A stretch of DNA of 64,000 nt, from positions 1-64,000 of IMG/VR virus record IMGVR_UViG_3300050120_000170, one strand, 5' to 3'. The position numbers and the translations under genes were made by a program. Origin of the DNA: a virus. Shown here piece by piece: positions 34,512 through 42,519 of this stretch. Within the stretch, counting starts at the first letter, position 1; every line of letters begins with the position of its first letter. The notes under the pieces were generated by a model, which was given only the letters and a program-made list of their open reading frames with translations, was not told the DNA's origin and did not search any database.

Positions 34512-35138
34512 ATGACCAAGACCCAAACCCCCGATCTCACCCTCTCTGGTTCGCTCCTCGTCGTCCAGTTCAACGAGATGGTAGCAACCGCCACGGACCT
34601 CGGGCTCACCGCCAAGGAAGTCAACCGATTTGCCGATACCGCGACCGGCGTCAAACGCACCGAGGCTCTCCACAAGGCGATCCAGGAGCGCGTCACCGCT
34701 CTTAAGATCGCCAACGAGGAGGCCGCCGAGCTGGCGAAGCACACCGGACGCCCGGCCAACACAGACACCTCAACGGAATCAGTTGTTGAGGCGAGTACTT
34801 CGGAGGGCAATTCCGCCCCTGAAGATCAGAGCGAGGAGGCTACAGAGCGCCTTCCCGACGAAACTGAGGAGGCTTTTATGGCTCGTAAGGCCGCGAAAAA
34901 GACGTCAGCGCGGGGCAAGACCCGCACCAAGACCGCCGGGCGTGCGCTCGGTGGAAAGCGGGTCAAGTCCACAGGAGGGACCACGATCCGCGAGAAGACC
35001 GAGCAGTACAACTCGCTCGTCCCGGCGGCCCACAAGAAGGGGGTCACCTGGGCAAAGCGTCACACGTCCAATTTCGAGAGCCAGGAAAAGGCGGACATCG
35101 CCTTGAAGAAGCTCCAGGACGCGATGAAGAAGGCCTAA
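34512..35138 (+). CDS. hypothetical protein with basic C-terminal tail
   Basis: 208-aa ORF. C-terminus KAAKKTSARGKTRTKTAGR suggests nucleic-acid binding. Confidence 0.6.
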   Translation: MTKTQTPDLTLSGSLLVVQFNEMVATATDLGLTAKEVNRFADTATGVKRTEALHKAIQERVTALKIANEEAAELAKHTGRPANTDTSTESVVEASTSEGNSAPEDQSEEATERLPDETEEAFMARKAAKKTSARGKTRTKTAGRALGGKRVKSTGGTTIREKTEQYNSLVPAAHKKGVTWAKRHTSNFESQEKADIALKKLQDAMKKA

Positions 35139-35169
35139 CCAGACCCCATTAGGGCCTGAGGCGACCTAA

Positions 35170-35198
35170 GCCCCCCGGCTCAGCCGGGGGCTTTCGTT
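35170..35198 (+). terminator. rho-independent terminator
   Basis: CCCCCGG-CTCAG-CCGGGGG followed by CTTTCGTT. Overlaps the next promoter box. Confidence 0.65.
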
Positions 35199-35220
35199 CG
35201 TCTCGGTGGGGGCGTAGAAT
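35191..35220 (+). promoter_or_regulatory. variant CTTTCGTTCGTCTC box with TAGAAT -10
   Basis: TTTCGT-N17-TAGAAT. The ATG at 35227 starts 7 nt after the -10, which implies a leaderless transcript. Confidence 0.5.
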
Positions 35221-35226
35221 ACCGGG

Positions 35227-35550
35227 ATGGTGCAACAGCGGGAGGAGTTGGTGGCTAGGTTCTACATTGGGCAGCCGGTACGCTGTATCAAGGGCTGGCC
35301 TTCAGGCCCGGAATGGCTGGTGCTCCCGAAACTGGGAGAACGGTACACAGTCAAAGAGTACGACACTCTCCGCCCGGAGTTCCTCGGGCTCAACGAGGTC
35401 CCCTCTAACCAGACACGAGGGGCGGGCCACCCGGTCTACCTGCTCTGGGCAGAGAGCCATTTTGCCCCGATCACTGATGAGAAGGTACTGGAAATAATGC
35501 GCGTGGCTCTCGGGTGGCCGCTGCGGGTCCGGGAGCGGGAAGATGCGTGA
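35227..35550 (+). CDS. hypothetical protein
   Basis: 107-aa ORF with no SD, consistent with leaderless initiation. Confidence 0.55.
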   Translation: MVQQREELVARFYIGQPVRCIKGWPSGPEWLVLPKLGERYTVKEYDTLRPEFLGLNEVPSNQTRGAGHPVYLLWAESHFAPITDEKVLEIMRVALGWPLRVREREDA

Positions 35551-35755
35551 GCCAACAGCCCGGGGCGACGAGGTAGCAGCCCGGGTCCGCGAATGGTATG
35601 AGGCGAACCGGGAGAGCTGGTGGACGAGGTACAAGTATTTGTTCTGGGGACCGGCTCCGGATCGCTCGGGCGCGCACGCGGACGAGTTCATGCTCCGGCT
35701 TATCAACCAGGTGGAATACGAGCAGGCCCGGGCGGACGGCGGAGACTGTAAGTGA
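35543..35755 (+). CDS. hypothetical protein
   Basis: 70-aa ORF overlapping the upstream stop. Confidence 0.45.
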   Translation: MREPTARGDEVAARVREWYEANRESWWTRYKYLFWGPAPDRSGAHADEFMLRLINQVEYEQARADGGDCK

Positions 35756-35925
35756 AGATCAAGACGATCACGCTATCCAAAGACGTTTCCGAGGAGGAGT
35801 ACCGGGTGGAGAAGATCACGGACTCAATTGATTACACGCCCGGGAGCTGTCTCCCGGAGTTGACGGTCCGGGGATTGTGCGACGCGGAAGATTGGAAGGT
35901 GATAACCACCAAGCCGCCGAAATAG
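35752..35925 (+). CDS. 57-aa protein (below ORF-track cutoff)
   Basis: GTGA overlap. VKIKTITLSKDVSEEEYRVEKITDS.. Confidence 0.35.
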   Translation: MKIKTITLSKDVSEEEYRVEKITDSIDYTPGSCLPELTVRGLCDAEDWKVITTKPPK

Positions 35926-35928
35926 TTC

Positions 35929-35957
35929 TTGACTTTGGGAAATACGTTTGGTAAGAA
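35929..35957 (+). promoter_or_regulatory. sigma70-like promoter TTGACT-N17-TAAGAA
   Basis: Same 15-mer and the same -10 as the promoter at 31985. Confidence 0.5.
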
Positions 35958-35988
35958 CGGGAACGTCAACCGCTTCAGGAGAGCAGAG

Positions 35989-36180
35989 ATGACCAACCTA
36001 GCTACCCTCACCAAGAAGATCGTAGCCGCCCACATTGCGAAGGTGGATGGTATGACCGGAGAGGAACTCCTTGACTACGTCAACCAGCCGGTTATGCCCT
36101 GGGAAGAACGGAACGTCAACGGACCTCTCATGACGGTTCGCCGTCACGCCTTCGCTCGTCTCGAATCACTCACCAAGTAA
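35989..36180 (+). CDS. hypothetical protein
   Basis: Start moved to the ATG at 35989 (CAGGAGAG SD). The tracked TTG start is the -35 box itself. Confidence 0.5.
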   Translation: MTNLATLTKKIVAAHIAKVDGMTGEELLDYVNQPVMPWEERNVNGPLMTVRRHAFARLESLTK

Positions 36181-36199
36181 CCGACCTCAGGAGGGTCAC

Positions 36200-36328
36200 A
36201 TGTCTTTCCATCTCAAATCCGAACGCCTTGCGGGCGTTATTCAGACCTACGTCGTGGACATCTTCCTCGCCCTCGGCACCCTCGCTTCCCTCATCGTCAT
36301 CGCCCTCGTTACCACCGGGGTGCTGTGA
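36200..36328 (+). CDS. 42-aa membrane peptide (below ORF-track cutoff)
   Basis: MSFHLKSERLAGVIQTYVVDIFLALGTLASLIVIALVTTGVL, behind CCTCAGGAGGG. Confidence 0.4.
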   Translation: MSFHLKSERLAGVIQTYVVDIFLALGTLASLIVIALVTTGVL

Positions 36329-36939
36329 TGGGTAAGCGCATCGAGTTTGACCGAGCCGCCGCGATCAAGGCCGCCTGGGACCTCTGCTGGAAAGACAACC
36401 TCAAGCAGCGCAAGGAGGATGTAGCCTACGAGAAGAAGGTGGGCAAGAAACCTTTTAATTCGGCCCGGACCTTCTACCTAACCGCCTCGGATATTGAGGC
36501 GTAGGTTCGCCAGTTCGCGAACGAGACCGCCGCCGGTCAGGTATGGGGTACCCGGGGCCGCACCTGCGGGCGTCCCTGGGAAACTCTCCGCTTCTCGGGG
36601 GACCTCCTCGGGGATTGCCGCCGCTGGCTCCGCAACAATCCCAAGCTCACCTCCCATAACTTCGGCAAGGGCCACATCTCCGGCGAGCGGTACCGCCCGG
36701 TGGGCGAGCCGATCAGCGAGGCCGAGAAGGGCACGCTAGAGGAGAAGGCCAAGCGGGAAGCCACTCCGCCTCCGATCCACATGCATAAGAAGCTGGGAGA
36801 GTACAGCTCCACCTTCCTGTGCGCTCCAGTCAAGAAAAAGGTCTCCTGGAGCCGATCCCGGTCCCAGGCCCACGTCGTCCGGGACGCGACCCGCGTCACC
36901 TGCCCGCGCTGCCTCAAATTGATGAAGGAAGTCAAGTGA
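36328..36939 (+). CDS. 203-codon reading frame interrupted by a single in-frame TAG (36502-36504)
   Basis: The frame is open and GC3-rich on both sides of the TAG. There is no ATG, GTG or TTG between 36505 and 36699. C-terminal CPRC motif. Confidence 0.45.
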
Positions 36940-37994
36940 TGTCGGAGAAGACCAAAGACCAGGTAGACCTGGAGAAGGTAACGGCGACGGTCCAGAAGCT
37001 TCTCAACCTGGCGGCCAAGAACCCGAACGAGCACGAGGCCGCCTCGGCGACGGCCCGGGCGATGGAGATGTTGGCCGCCTACAACCTAGACCTCTCCACC
37101 CTCGAACAGGGCGGGGAGACCTCCGGGAAGCGGGAGGACAGCCGGGTTCGGGGAGGCATGTACACCTACGAGCGAGAGCTGTGGGACCAGATCGCCTCGA
37201 TCAACTTCTGTATGTACTTCTCCACCCGGACGATTACCCATGTCAAAGGTACCGTGGGCTGGTCGTCTCAGCCCCAGTACACCGGCAAGCGTAAGATATC
37301 CTTCCAGCACCGGATTATCGGTCGCACGGTCAACGCGACCTCTACCCGGGTGATGGCACAGTACATCCAGGGCACTATCGAGCGGCTCGTGCAGGAGCGG
37401 TTCCCGGTCAACTCGCAGCGGTTTACCTCGGAGGCCGTCGCCTACCGGGAAGGTATGGCCGAGGCCGTGTCCGAGAAGCTGCGGAAACGGCGCAGGGCGC
37501 AGCAGCGGGAGCAGGACGAGAAGGCCGAGCGGGATCGGGCTGCCGCCGAGCGGGCGGCACGAGCGGGTGTCTCTACTGCCACGGCTCTCACGATCCGGGA
37601 CGTGCTGAAGTCCGAGGCGGAGGCCAACTATGACTTCCTGCACGGCGAGGGGTCCTGGGCTGAAAAAGAAAAGAGAGAACGGGAGTGGAGCGAGGGCTGG
37701 GAGAAACGGAGAGCCGCCCGGGCCGCCGCCGAGGCCGCCGCTGAGGCCGCGCAAGCCGAGTGGGCCGCTGCCCACCCCGAGGAGGCCGCGAAGGAGGAGA
37801 AGAAGCGCCTGGCCAAGGAGCGGGCGGCGGAGCGAGCGGCTTCCCGGCGGACCGGGCGCTGGCGTGGGCGATCCGAGACGCCCGCCGAACGCCGCCAGGG
37901 CTCCAACTACTACTACGAGGGGAAGGACAAGGGGGCGTCCATCTCGATTGATCCACAAGCCGGAACCTCCACTAAGCCGAGGGCGTTGCGATGA
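36939..37994 (+). CDS. DUF2786-like protein with highly charged C-terminal region
   Basis: VQKLLNLAAKNPNEHEAASATARAMEMLAAYNL is the characteristic N-terminal helix pair. Start at the TGATG overlap. Confidence 0.55.
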   Translation: MSEKTKDQVDLEKVTATVQKLLNLAAKNPNEHEAASATARAMEMLAAYNLDLSTLEQGGETSGKREDSRVRGGMYTYERELWDQIASINFCMYFSTRTITHVKGTVGWSSQPQYTGKRKISFQHRIIGRTVNATSTRVMAQYIQGTIERLVQERFPVNSQRFTSEAVAYREGMAEAVSEKLRKRRRAQQREQDEKAERDRAAAERAARAGVSTATALTIRDVLKSEAEANYDFLHGEGSWAEKEKREREWSEGWEKRRAARAAAEAAAEAAQAEWAAAHPEEAAKEEKKRLAKERAAERAASRRTGRWRGRSETPAERRQGSNYYYEGKDKGASISIDPQAGTSTKPRALR

Positions 37995-38905
37995 GCGAAC
38001 ATCTTCGCTGTTACATTCCCAGGAAATTCGGCCCGGCGGCCCTGGACGCCATCGTCAAGGCCAACCAGATCATCGAGGAGTACGATCGCAAGGGCTTCCA
38101 GCTCACGCTCCGCCAGCTCTACTACCAGCACGTGGCCCGGGGCCTGATCGAGAATTCACAGGCGTCTTATAATCGCCTGGGAAATCTCATTTCGGATGCT
38201 CGCTTGGCCGGGCTCACGTCCTGGACAGCTATCGAGGACCGGACCCGGAACCTGATGGGCTTGACTACCTATCACAGCCCCCAGGCCCTGATCCAGACGC
38301 TCCGGGGACAGTCCTATCGCCGGGACCTATGGGAAGATCAGCCGATCCGGCCCGAGGTCTGGGTAGAGAAGGACGCCCTCAGCGACGTAGTGGGACAAAT
38401 CTGTAACCGGCTCCGGGTGGACTTCTTTGCCTGCCGGGGCTACGTCTCGCAATCGGAACAGTGGCGAGCCGGGCAGCGTCTCCGGGGCTACATCCAGAAG
38501 GGCCAGCGCCCCATCATCTTCCACTTCGGGGATCACGATCCCTCGGGCCTAGATGTGACCCGGGACAACACGGCCCGGCTCTCGATGTTCGCCGGGACGC
38601 CTGTCCAGGTCGTCCGGCTCGCATTGAACATGAACCAGGTGCAGCAGTACAATCCGCCGCCCAATCCTGCAAAGATCACAGATAGTCGCTTCGCAGACTA
38701 TCAGAGATTGTACGGCGATGCGAGCTGGGAGCTGGACGCCCTGGAGCCCTCGGTGATCCAGGACCTGATTGAGAACAACATCCTGCGGGTCCGGGACGGG
38801 CGGCTTTGGGACGAGGCGCTGCGGCAGGAGAGCCTGGAGCGTCAGGAGCTAAACGACATCCTGGACGAGATTGGGGGACCAGAAGATGGGGAGCTATCGA
38901 GTTAG
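37991..38905 (+). CDS. Spo11/Topo VI-A-like protein (5Y-CAP plus Toprim)
   Basis: LTLRQLYYQHV (CAP tyrosine context) and IIFHFGDHDPSGLDV (Toprim DxD). Confidence 0.5.
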   Translation: MSEHLRCYIPRKFGPAALDAIVKANQIIEEYDRKGFQLTLRQLYYQHVARGLIENSQASYNRLGNLISDARLAGLTSWTAIEDRTRNLMGLTTYHSPQALIQTLRGQSYRRDLWEDQPIRPEVWVEKDALSDVVGQICNRLRVDFFACRGYVSQSEQWRAGQRLRGYIQKGQRPIIFHFGDHDPSGLDVTRDNTARLSMFAGTPVQVVRLALNMNQVQQYNPPPNPAKITDSRFADYQRLYGDASWELDALEPSVIQDLIENNILRVRDGRLWDEALRQESLERQELNDILDEIGGPEDGELSS

Positions 38906-38970
38906 GCCCGGGACCCGGGACAAAGTGCTCCAGAGCCCCTATTCCAACATTGGAGGCCCGGGTCCCGGGC
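38906..38970. repeat. 14-bp perfect inverted repeat built from four CCCGGG hexamers
   Basis: GCCCGGGACCCGGG at 38906-38919 and its reverse complement at 38957-38970, with a 37-nt spacer. Confidence 0.85.
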
Positions 38971-39096
38971 TCTCCCTGAAGCGGACGCGGATGACGGATA
39001 GCACCGAGCCGGACAAGGACCGAGTAGCCTTAAAGGCTACTCAAACCCGAGCCGCCCGGAAGGCTAAGAAGCCAACAGTGCCCAGGATGCCATGGT

Positions 39097-39327
39097 ATGA
39101 CTAAACGAAACGTAAAACTGGATCCACGCATCGAGGCTCTCCTGAAGGGCGTGACGTACACCGTAGAGCACGGCGCGAAGCATAAGCAGCTCCGGATCGG
39201 AGGGCGGCTCGTCGCCGTCCTCCCGGAGGACTACAACGCAGGCGGGAGCCGCCAGAGCCTCAACGCCCTGGCGAGTGTCCGCCGGTTCCTGAAACAACTA
39301 AAAGGAGGAGAAGATGTCAGAACCTGA
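39097..39327 (+). CDS. hypothetical protein
   Basis: 76-aa ORF. Confidence 0.45.
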   Translation: MTKRNVKLDPRIEALLKGVTYTVEHGAKHKQLRIGGRLVAVLPEDYNAGGSRQSLNALASVRRFLKQLKGGEDVRT

Positions 39328-39529
39328 ACTAGCAATTCTGTACGACAAAGTGGACTCAATCGGCGGACGGGCGTTTATGGCGGGAGGAGAGGTCCGGGAC
39401 CGAGTTGGGAAAAAGGTAGAACAGGTCAAATCCCTGTACACAACAGACCCGGTACAATTCAAAAAGGAAGCCGAGGAACTTATCAACTGGGCCGAGAGTG
39501 ACAACAACCCGATCCCGGATAGTTGGTAA
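39314..39529 (+). CDS. hypothetical protein
   Basis: 71-aa ORF with an AGGAGGAGA SD. Last gene of the rightward arm. Confidence 0.5.
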   Translation: MSEPELAILYDKVDSIGGRAFMAGGEVRDRVGKKVEQVKSLYTTDPVQFKKEAEELINWAESDNNPIPDSW

Positions 39530-39532
39530 AAA

Positions 39533-39979
39533 CTAGGTGGGTGATACTAGGAGATGCTTCCTGACGCTCACCCAATCCCAAACGCTCGGCCCCCCGGCAT
39601 AGACGCCTAGCACGGCAGCCGGGGGGCAGCCCCGGAGGCCCTCGCGCTTCAGCTCCTTGGCAAAGCTACCCCGCAGCAGCCATAGCTCGTCGGCAGCCAC
39701 TCTCCGCTTGCCGGCGGTGCATCTCCGGCGGACTGCGACGAAGACCCGGCCCCCGTAGCGAATACGTCGTAGCACCCAACCTACCTGCTCCACCTCTAGC
39801 GTGACGGCCCACTCTTTGGTCTGCTTCATCTCTACCCAGACCTCGGGGGCTCCCTTCGGCTTGCCGTTGAGATCGGGGATGCCGCCGCCGGTGAGCGCGG
39901 ACTCAACGGACTGCCAGTCAAACCCAACGATGAGCCGCTCCCGGAATAGGCCCCGGAGGCCGCCGTCCTTCTCTACCAC
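39533..39979 (-). CDS. VRR-NUC domain nuclease
   Basis: Start moved to the GTG at 39979 (GAGGA SD). GGGIPDLNG..VWVEMKQTK matches the PD-(D/E)xK VRR-NUC core. Confidence 0.65.
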   Translation of the reverse strand: MVEKDGGLRGLFRERLIVGFDWQSVESALTGGGIPDLNGKPKGAPEVWVEMKQTKEWAVTLEVEQVGWVLRRIRYGGRVFVAVRRRCTAGKRRVAADELWLLRGSFAKELKREGLRGCPPAAVLGVYAGGPSVWDWVSVRKHLLVSPT

Positions 39980-39995
39980 TTGACAGTCCTCGGAG

Positions 39996-40259
39996 TTAGA
40001 ACCTCTGGAGGCGATGCGGGGACATACCGCCGTCGTTCCACTGTATGACTTGGCGGAGGAGGACCGTGGCCAGGTTGTGTAGCTCGTCCTTATGTCGCTG
40101 GCTCGGGGGCTCCGGGAACTTCGTGCCCGGGATCGGGAGCTGGGTCCCGTCCTCCTCGCCGAGGTGGTCAATGACCTTCCCGATATCGTTGATTAAGGTA
40201 CAGATCAGGTACCGGCGGCCCCGGTAGTTCTTGAGCATCTCGCCGTCACGGTCATCCAT
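39996..40259 (-). CDS. hypothetical protein
   Basis: 87-aa ORF overlapping the upstream stop. Confidence 0.45.
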   Translation of the reverse strand: MDDRDGEMLKNYRGRRYLICTLINDIGKVIDHLGEEDGTQLPIPGTKFPEPPSQRHKDELHNLATVLLRQVIQWNDGGMSPHRLQRF

Positions 40260-40575
40260 GGACGAGTTCCCAATTGTGTATCTCCCTCAGGAGCATCTTG
40301 TGGTAAACGGCCTGATCCTTATTACCCAGCTCTCCGGGGTGCTTGTCCTGGAGCATCGCCAGGGCGTCCCGGGCGGAGCATCCGCCCCGGTTAGCCAGGC
40401 CCCGGAGCGACAGGCCGTGATTGGTGACGCATCGGTCGTTGTGACCGTCCATCATCTCCATCGGAACCGCGATGACAAAGGCGCAGAGCCCCACCCTCCG
40501 GAGGCGCTGGACCTCCTCCGCGAACCGATAGGAGCCGGGATAGACGATGGGCATCATAGTCAAATCATCGTTCAT
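40252..40575 (-). CDS. hypothetical protein
   Basis: Start moved to MNDDLTMMPIVYPG (GGAGGAGA SD). Confidence 0.45.
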   Translation of the reverse strand: MNDDLTMMPIVYPGSYRFAEEVQRLRRVGLCAFVIAVPMEMMDGHNDRCVTNHGLSLRGLANRGGCSARDALAMLQDKHPGELGNKDQAVYHKMLLREIHNWELVHG

Positions 40576-40999
40576 GTGGGGTTCTCCTCCGTAGTGAATA
40601 CATGGGGCTGTCTGCCCTGGCACTTGCGGACCCGGATACAGCTCCGGGTAATCCGCCGGGTGTCTGTAACCCGGCTGGGGGCTCCGCACTGGGGGCAGGG
40701 GACAGAGGCCCCACCCCGGGGTCGCTTCTTGGCGGTCGTCTTAGTAGTGGCCATGGAGAAAAGCTTTTCCAATTAACACCCCCGCCGCCCCGAACAGGAC
40801 GAACAATGAGGACACAGAGGAGCGTGACGAACGACCGAGCCCCGCGATTGCGTACATGTGTGAGCGGCTCGCAGGCCTCGTAACAGGCGTCACGCTCCCG
40901 GGTCGTGTTACAGGTACAACCCGGAGGTCCCTTGAAGGGGATCGGGTAGGGTGGATAGTTGAAGCCCCGGGAGCAGGGCTCGTAATCCTCATCCGACAC
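40565..40999 (-). CDS. Cys-rich protein; only the first ~50 codons look coding
   Basis: MSDEDYEPCSRGFNYPPYPIPFKGPPGCTCNTTRERDACYEACEP. Downstream, this frame overlaps the zinc-ribbon gene with poor GC3. Confidence 0.3.
   Translation of the reverse strand: MSDEDYEPCSRGFNYPPYPIPFKGPPGCTCNTTRERDACYEACEPLTHVRNRGARSFVTLLCVLIVRPVRGGGGVNWKSFSPWPLLRRPPRSDPGVGPLSPAPSAEPPAGLQTPGGLPGAVSGSASARADSPMYSLRRRTPHER
40572..40772 (-). CDS. stand-alone NrdR-like zinc-ribbon protein (second copy of the type)
   Basis: VPCPQCGAPSRVTDTRR..IRVRKC..HVFTTEE, with high GC3 in this frame. Start could be 40772 (TTG) or 40754 (ATG). Confidence 0.5.
   Translation of the reverse strand: MEKLFSMATTKTTAKKRPRGGASVPCPQCGAPSRVTDTRRITRSCIRVRKCQGRQPHVFTTEENPT
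40741..40857 (-). CDS. 38-aa hydrophobic peptide (speculative)
   Basis: MYAIAGLGRSSRSSVSSLFVLFGAAGVLIGKAFLHGHY. This frame looks better for coding than the overlapping long ORF. Confidence 0.25.
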   Translation of the reverse strand: MYAIAGLGRSSRSSVSSLFVLFGAAGVLIGKAFLHGHY

Positions 41000-41210
41000 T
41001 TTTCAATCTCCGCTTCAGCTCACCAAAGGCTCGCTCTACCTTGAGCGTGGACGTAGCCAGCTGAGCCGCCAGCGTCTGTACGTTCGTCGGCTCGGGCCGT
41101 CCTATCTCCCAGCACTTATAGTGCCAGTGCTCCTCGGGCTCCCGGCCTGTATAGCGCGGCTCCTTGAGCGGGACGATCAGCTGGAGACAGCCGTTACAGA
41201 TAATACTCAA
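40989..41210 (-). CDS. small zinc-binding protein
   Basis: CNGC..HWHYKC. Confidence 0.45.
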   Translation of the reverse strand: MSIICNGCLQLIVPLKEPRYTGREPEEHWHYKCWEIGRPEPTNVQTLAAQLATSTLKVERAFGELKRRLKSVG

Positions 41211-41461
41211 CGCTTCCTCCTGTGTCCCACGTGGATGCCGGGGCCTCCGCCGCCGCTAAACTCGATGGTGACGCGGACCCGGCCCTCCGGGATATTGAGC
41301 GTGCGGACGACCTGACCACCCTCGCTGTAGGAAAGGATCGCACCCGGGGGGACAATCCGCTCTACTACCATGGTCTCCGCCCGGGCAGCGGTGACGGCGA
41401 GGAAGGTCAGAGCGAGGGCGGCTCCCCAGAGGAGGCCGCGTGCGAGATGGGTCAAAGCCAT
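41207..41461 (-). CDS. small secreted protein
   Basis: Signal-like LLWGAALALTFLAVTAARAE. Confidence 0.5.
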   Translation of the reverse strand: MALTHLARGLLWGAALALTFLAVTAARAETMVVERIVPPGAILSYSEGGQVVRTLNIPEGRVRVTIEFSGGGGPGIHVGHRRKR

Positions 41462-41766
41462 AGGTCAAGTCCTTTCAGAATACTGGAGACGGAGAGGTGG
41501 TGGGTGAGATAGTGGACGAGGTACCCGTTGAGGGAGGCGAGGGGGATGGAAAGCCAGGTGAACCAGAACGTGATTAGGTTCTCGGTGTCCGGACCGTAGA
41601 GGGGACGCCGCTTTGGTTGTAGTGTCTGGAGGTCCCAAATGGTGTAGGAGCCGGTGACGATCTGCTCCGGCCACGTCCAGCGCGTGCCGTAGCGGCTAAG
41701 CCCCACGATCATCGAGCCCTGGATGAGGATCGTGGTCCAAAATAAGAGGGCGAGGGCGAGGGTCAT
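41452..41766 (-). CDS. membrane protein
   Basis: Start moved to MTLALALLFWTTILIQG. Two to three hydrophobic helices. Confidence 0.45.
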   Translation of the reverse strand: MTLALALLFWTTILIQGSMIVGLSRYGTRWTWPEQIVTGSYTIWDLQTLQPKRRPLYGPDTENLITFWFTWLSIPLASLNGYLVHYLTHHLSVSSILKGLDLWL

Positions 41767-42032
41767 GGCTGAACTCCCTTGATGCGGTAGGTCTTGTGAG
41801 GGCGAGCGTTGACCGGACGAGGGTGGGACCTGCCGTACATTCGCTCGTCCTGATAACGTAGCTTGGGGATAATAGGAGGAGGAGGAAAGTGCGTCACACC
41901 CAGCTCGTGGAGTATGATCCGGGCCTCCAGGGGTCCGTAATCCATTGTGGCAACAACTAACTCGGCGGCTGCCGCCAGACCGATCCCGCCCGCTCCACCG
42001 GAGCCGGTGACTAGTACGATATGGTGCTTCAT
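41763..42032 (-). CDS. hypothetical protein
   Basis: 89-aa ORF with an N-terminal glycine-rich loop, IVLVTGSGGAGGIG. Confidence 0.45.
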   Translation of the reverse strand: MKHHIVLVTGSGGAGGIGLAAAAELVVATMDYGPLEARIILHELGVTHFPPPPIIPKLRYQDERMYGRSHPRPVNARPHKTYRIKGVQP

Positions 42033-42310
42033 GTTTGCCTCGCAAATCGCCGCTTAGGCTCCGCGTTGCTACGCTGGATCCAGCCGTCCCGGGCGTCGTA
42101 GTCGCAGTGTCCGAACATGACCGCCATTTCTACGCAGGCCGGCATGCGCTCCCCGGGGCAGCAGGTGGGGAGCGAGCCCTCGGCTCCGTGGCATACGTCG
42201 CAGAAGGCGAGGCCACCGGAGCAGATCACGCATTCCGAGGCCCAGCAGTTGCAATTGACGTCCCGGCCTACGAGGCGATGGCGTGGGAATTGATAGATGA
42301 GGGCCATCAC
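42029..42310 (-). CDS. Cys-rich hypothetical protein
   Basis: 93 aa with more than 12 Cys (CNCW..CVICSGG..CDVCHG..CCPG). Confidence 0.45.
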   Translation of the reverse strand: MMALIYQFPRHRLVGRDVNCNCWASECVICSGGLAFCDVCHGAEGSLPTCCPGERMPACVEMAVMFGHCDYDARDGWIQRSNAEPKRRFARQT

Positions 42311-42519
42311 TCGTCCTCCAGCTTCGTGTACTCGCCTGCGGGGATCGTGCGGACCTCGCCCGAGGCCTCCCAGGCTACAGCGGTGAGGCCGTCCTTCGGG
42401 TCCATGTAGACGAACCGGAGCCGCTTGAGCGGGAGGCCACCCACGAGGTCAAAGGCCGCCCGCATGCGGGTCGTCTTCCCGGCTCGGCGGCCCGACATGA
42501 ACGCGCTGAAGCTACCCAC
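42307..42519 (-). CDS. hypothetical protein
   Basis: 70-aa ORF with a GRRAGKTT motif, but too short for an NTPase. Confidence 0.4.
   Translation of the reverse strand: MGSFSAFMSGRRAGKTTRMRAAFDLVGGLPLKRLRFVYMDPKDGLTAVAWEASGEVRTIPAGEYTKLEDE

Noticed and set aside
38871-39104. 77-aa tracked ORF after the Toprim gene.
   Set aside because: It runs through the 14-bp inverted repeat, has a TTG start and no SD. Only the last 37 codons or so (ATG at 38991) might be real.
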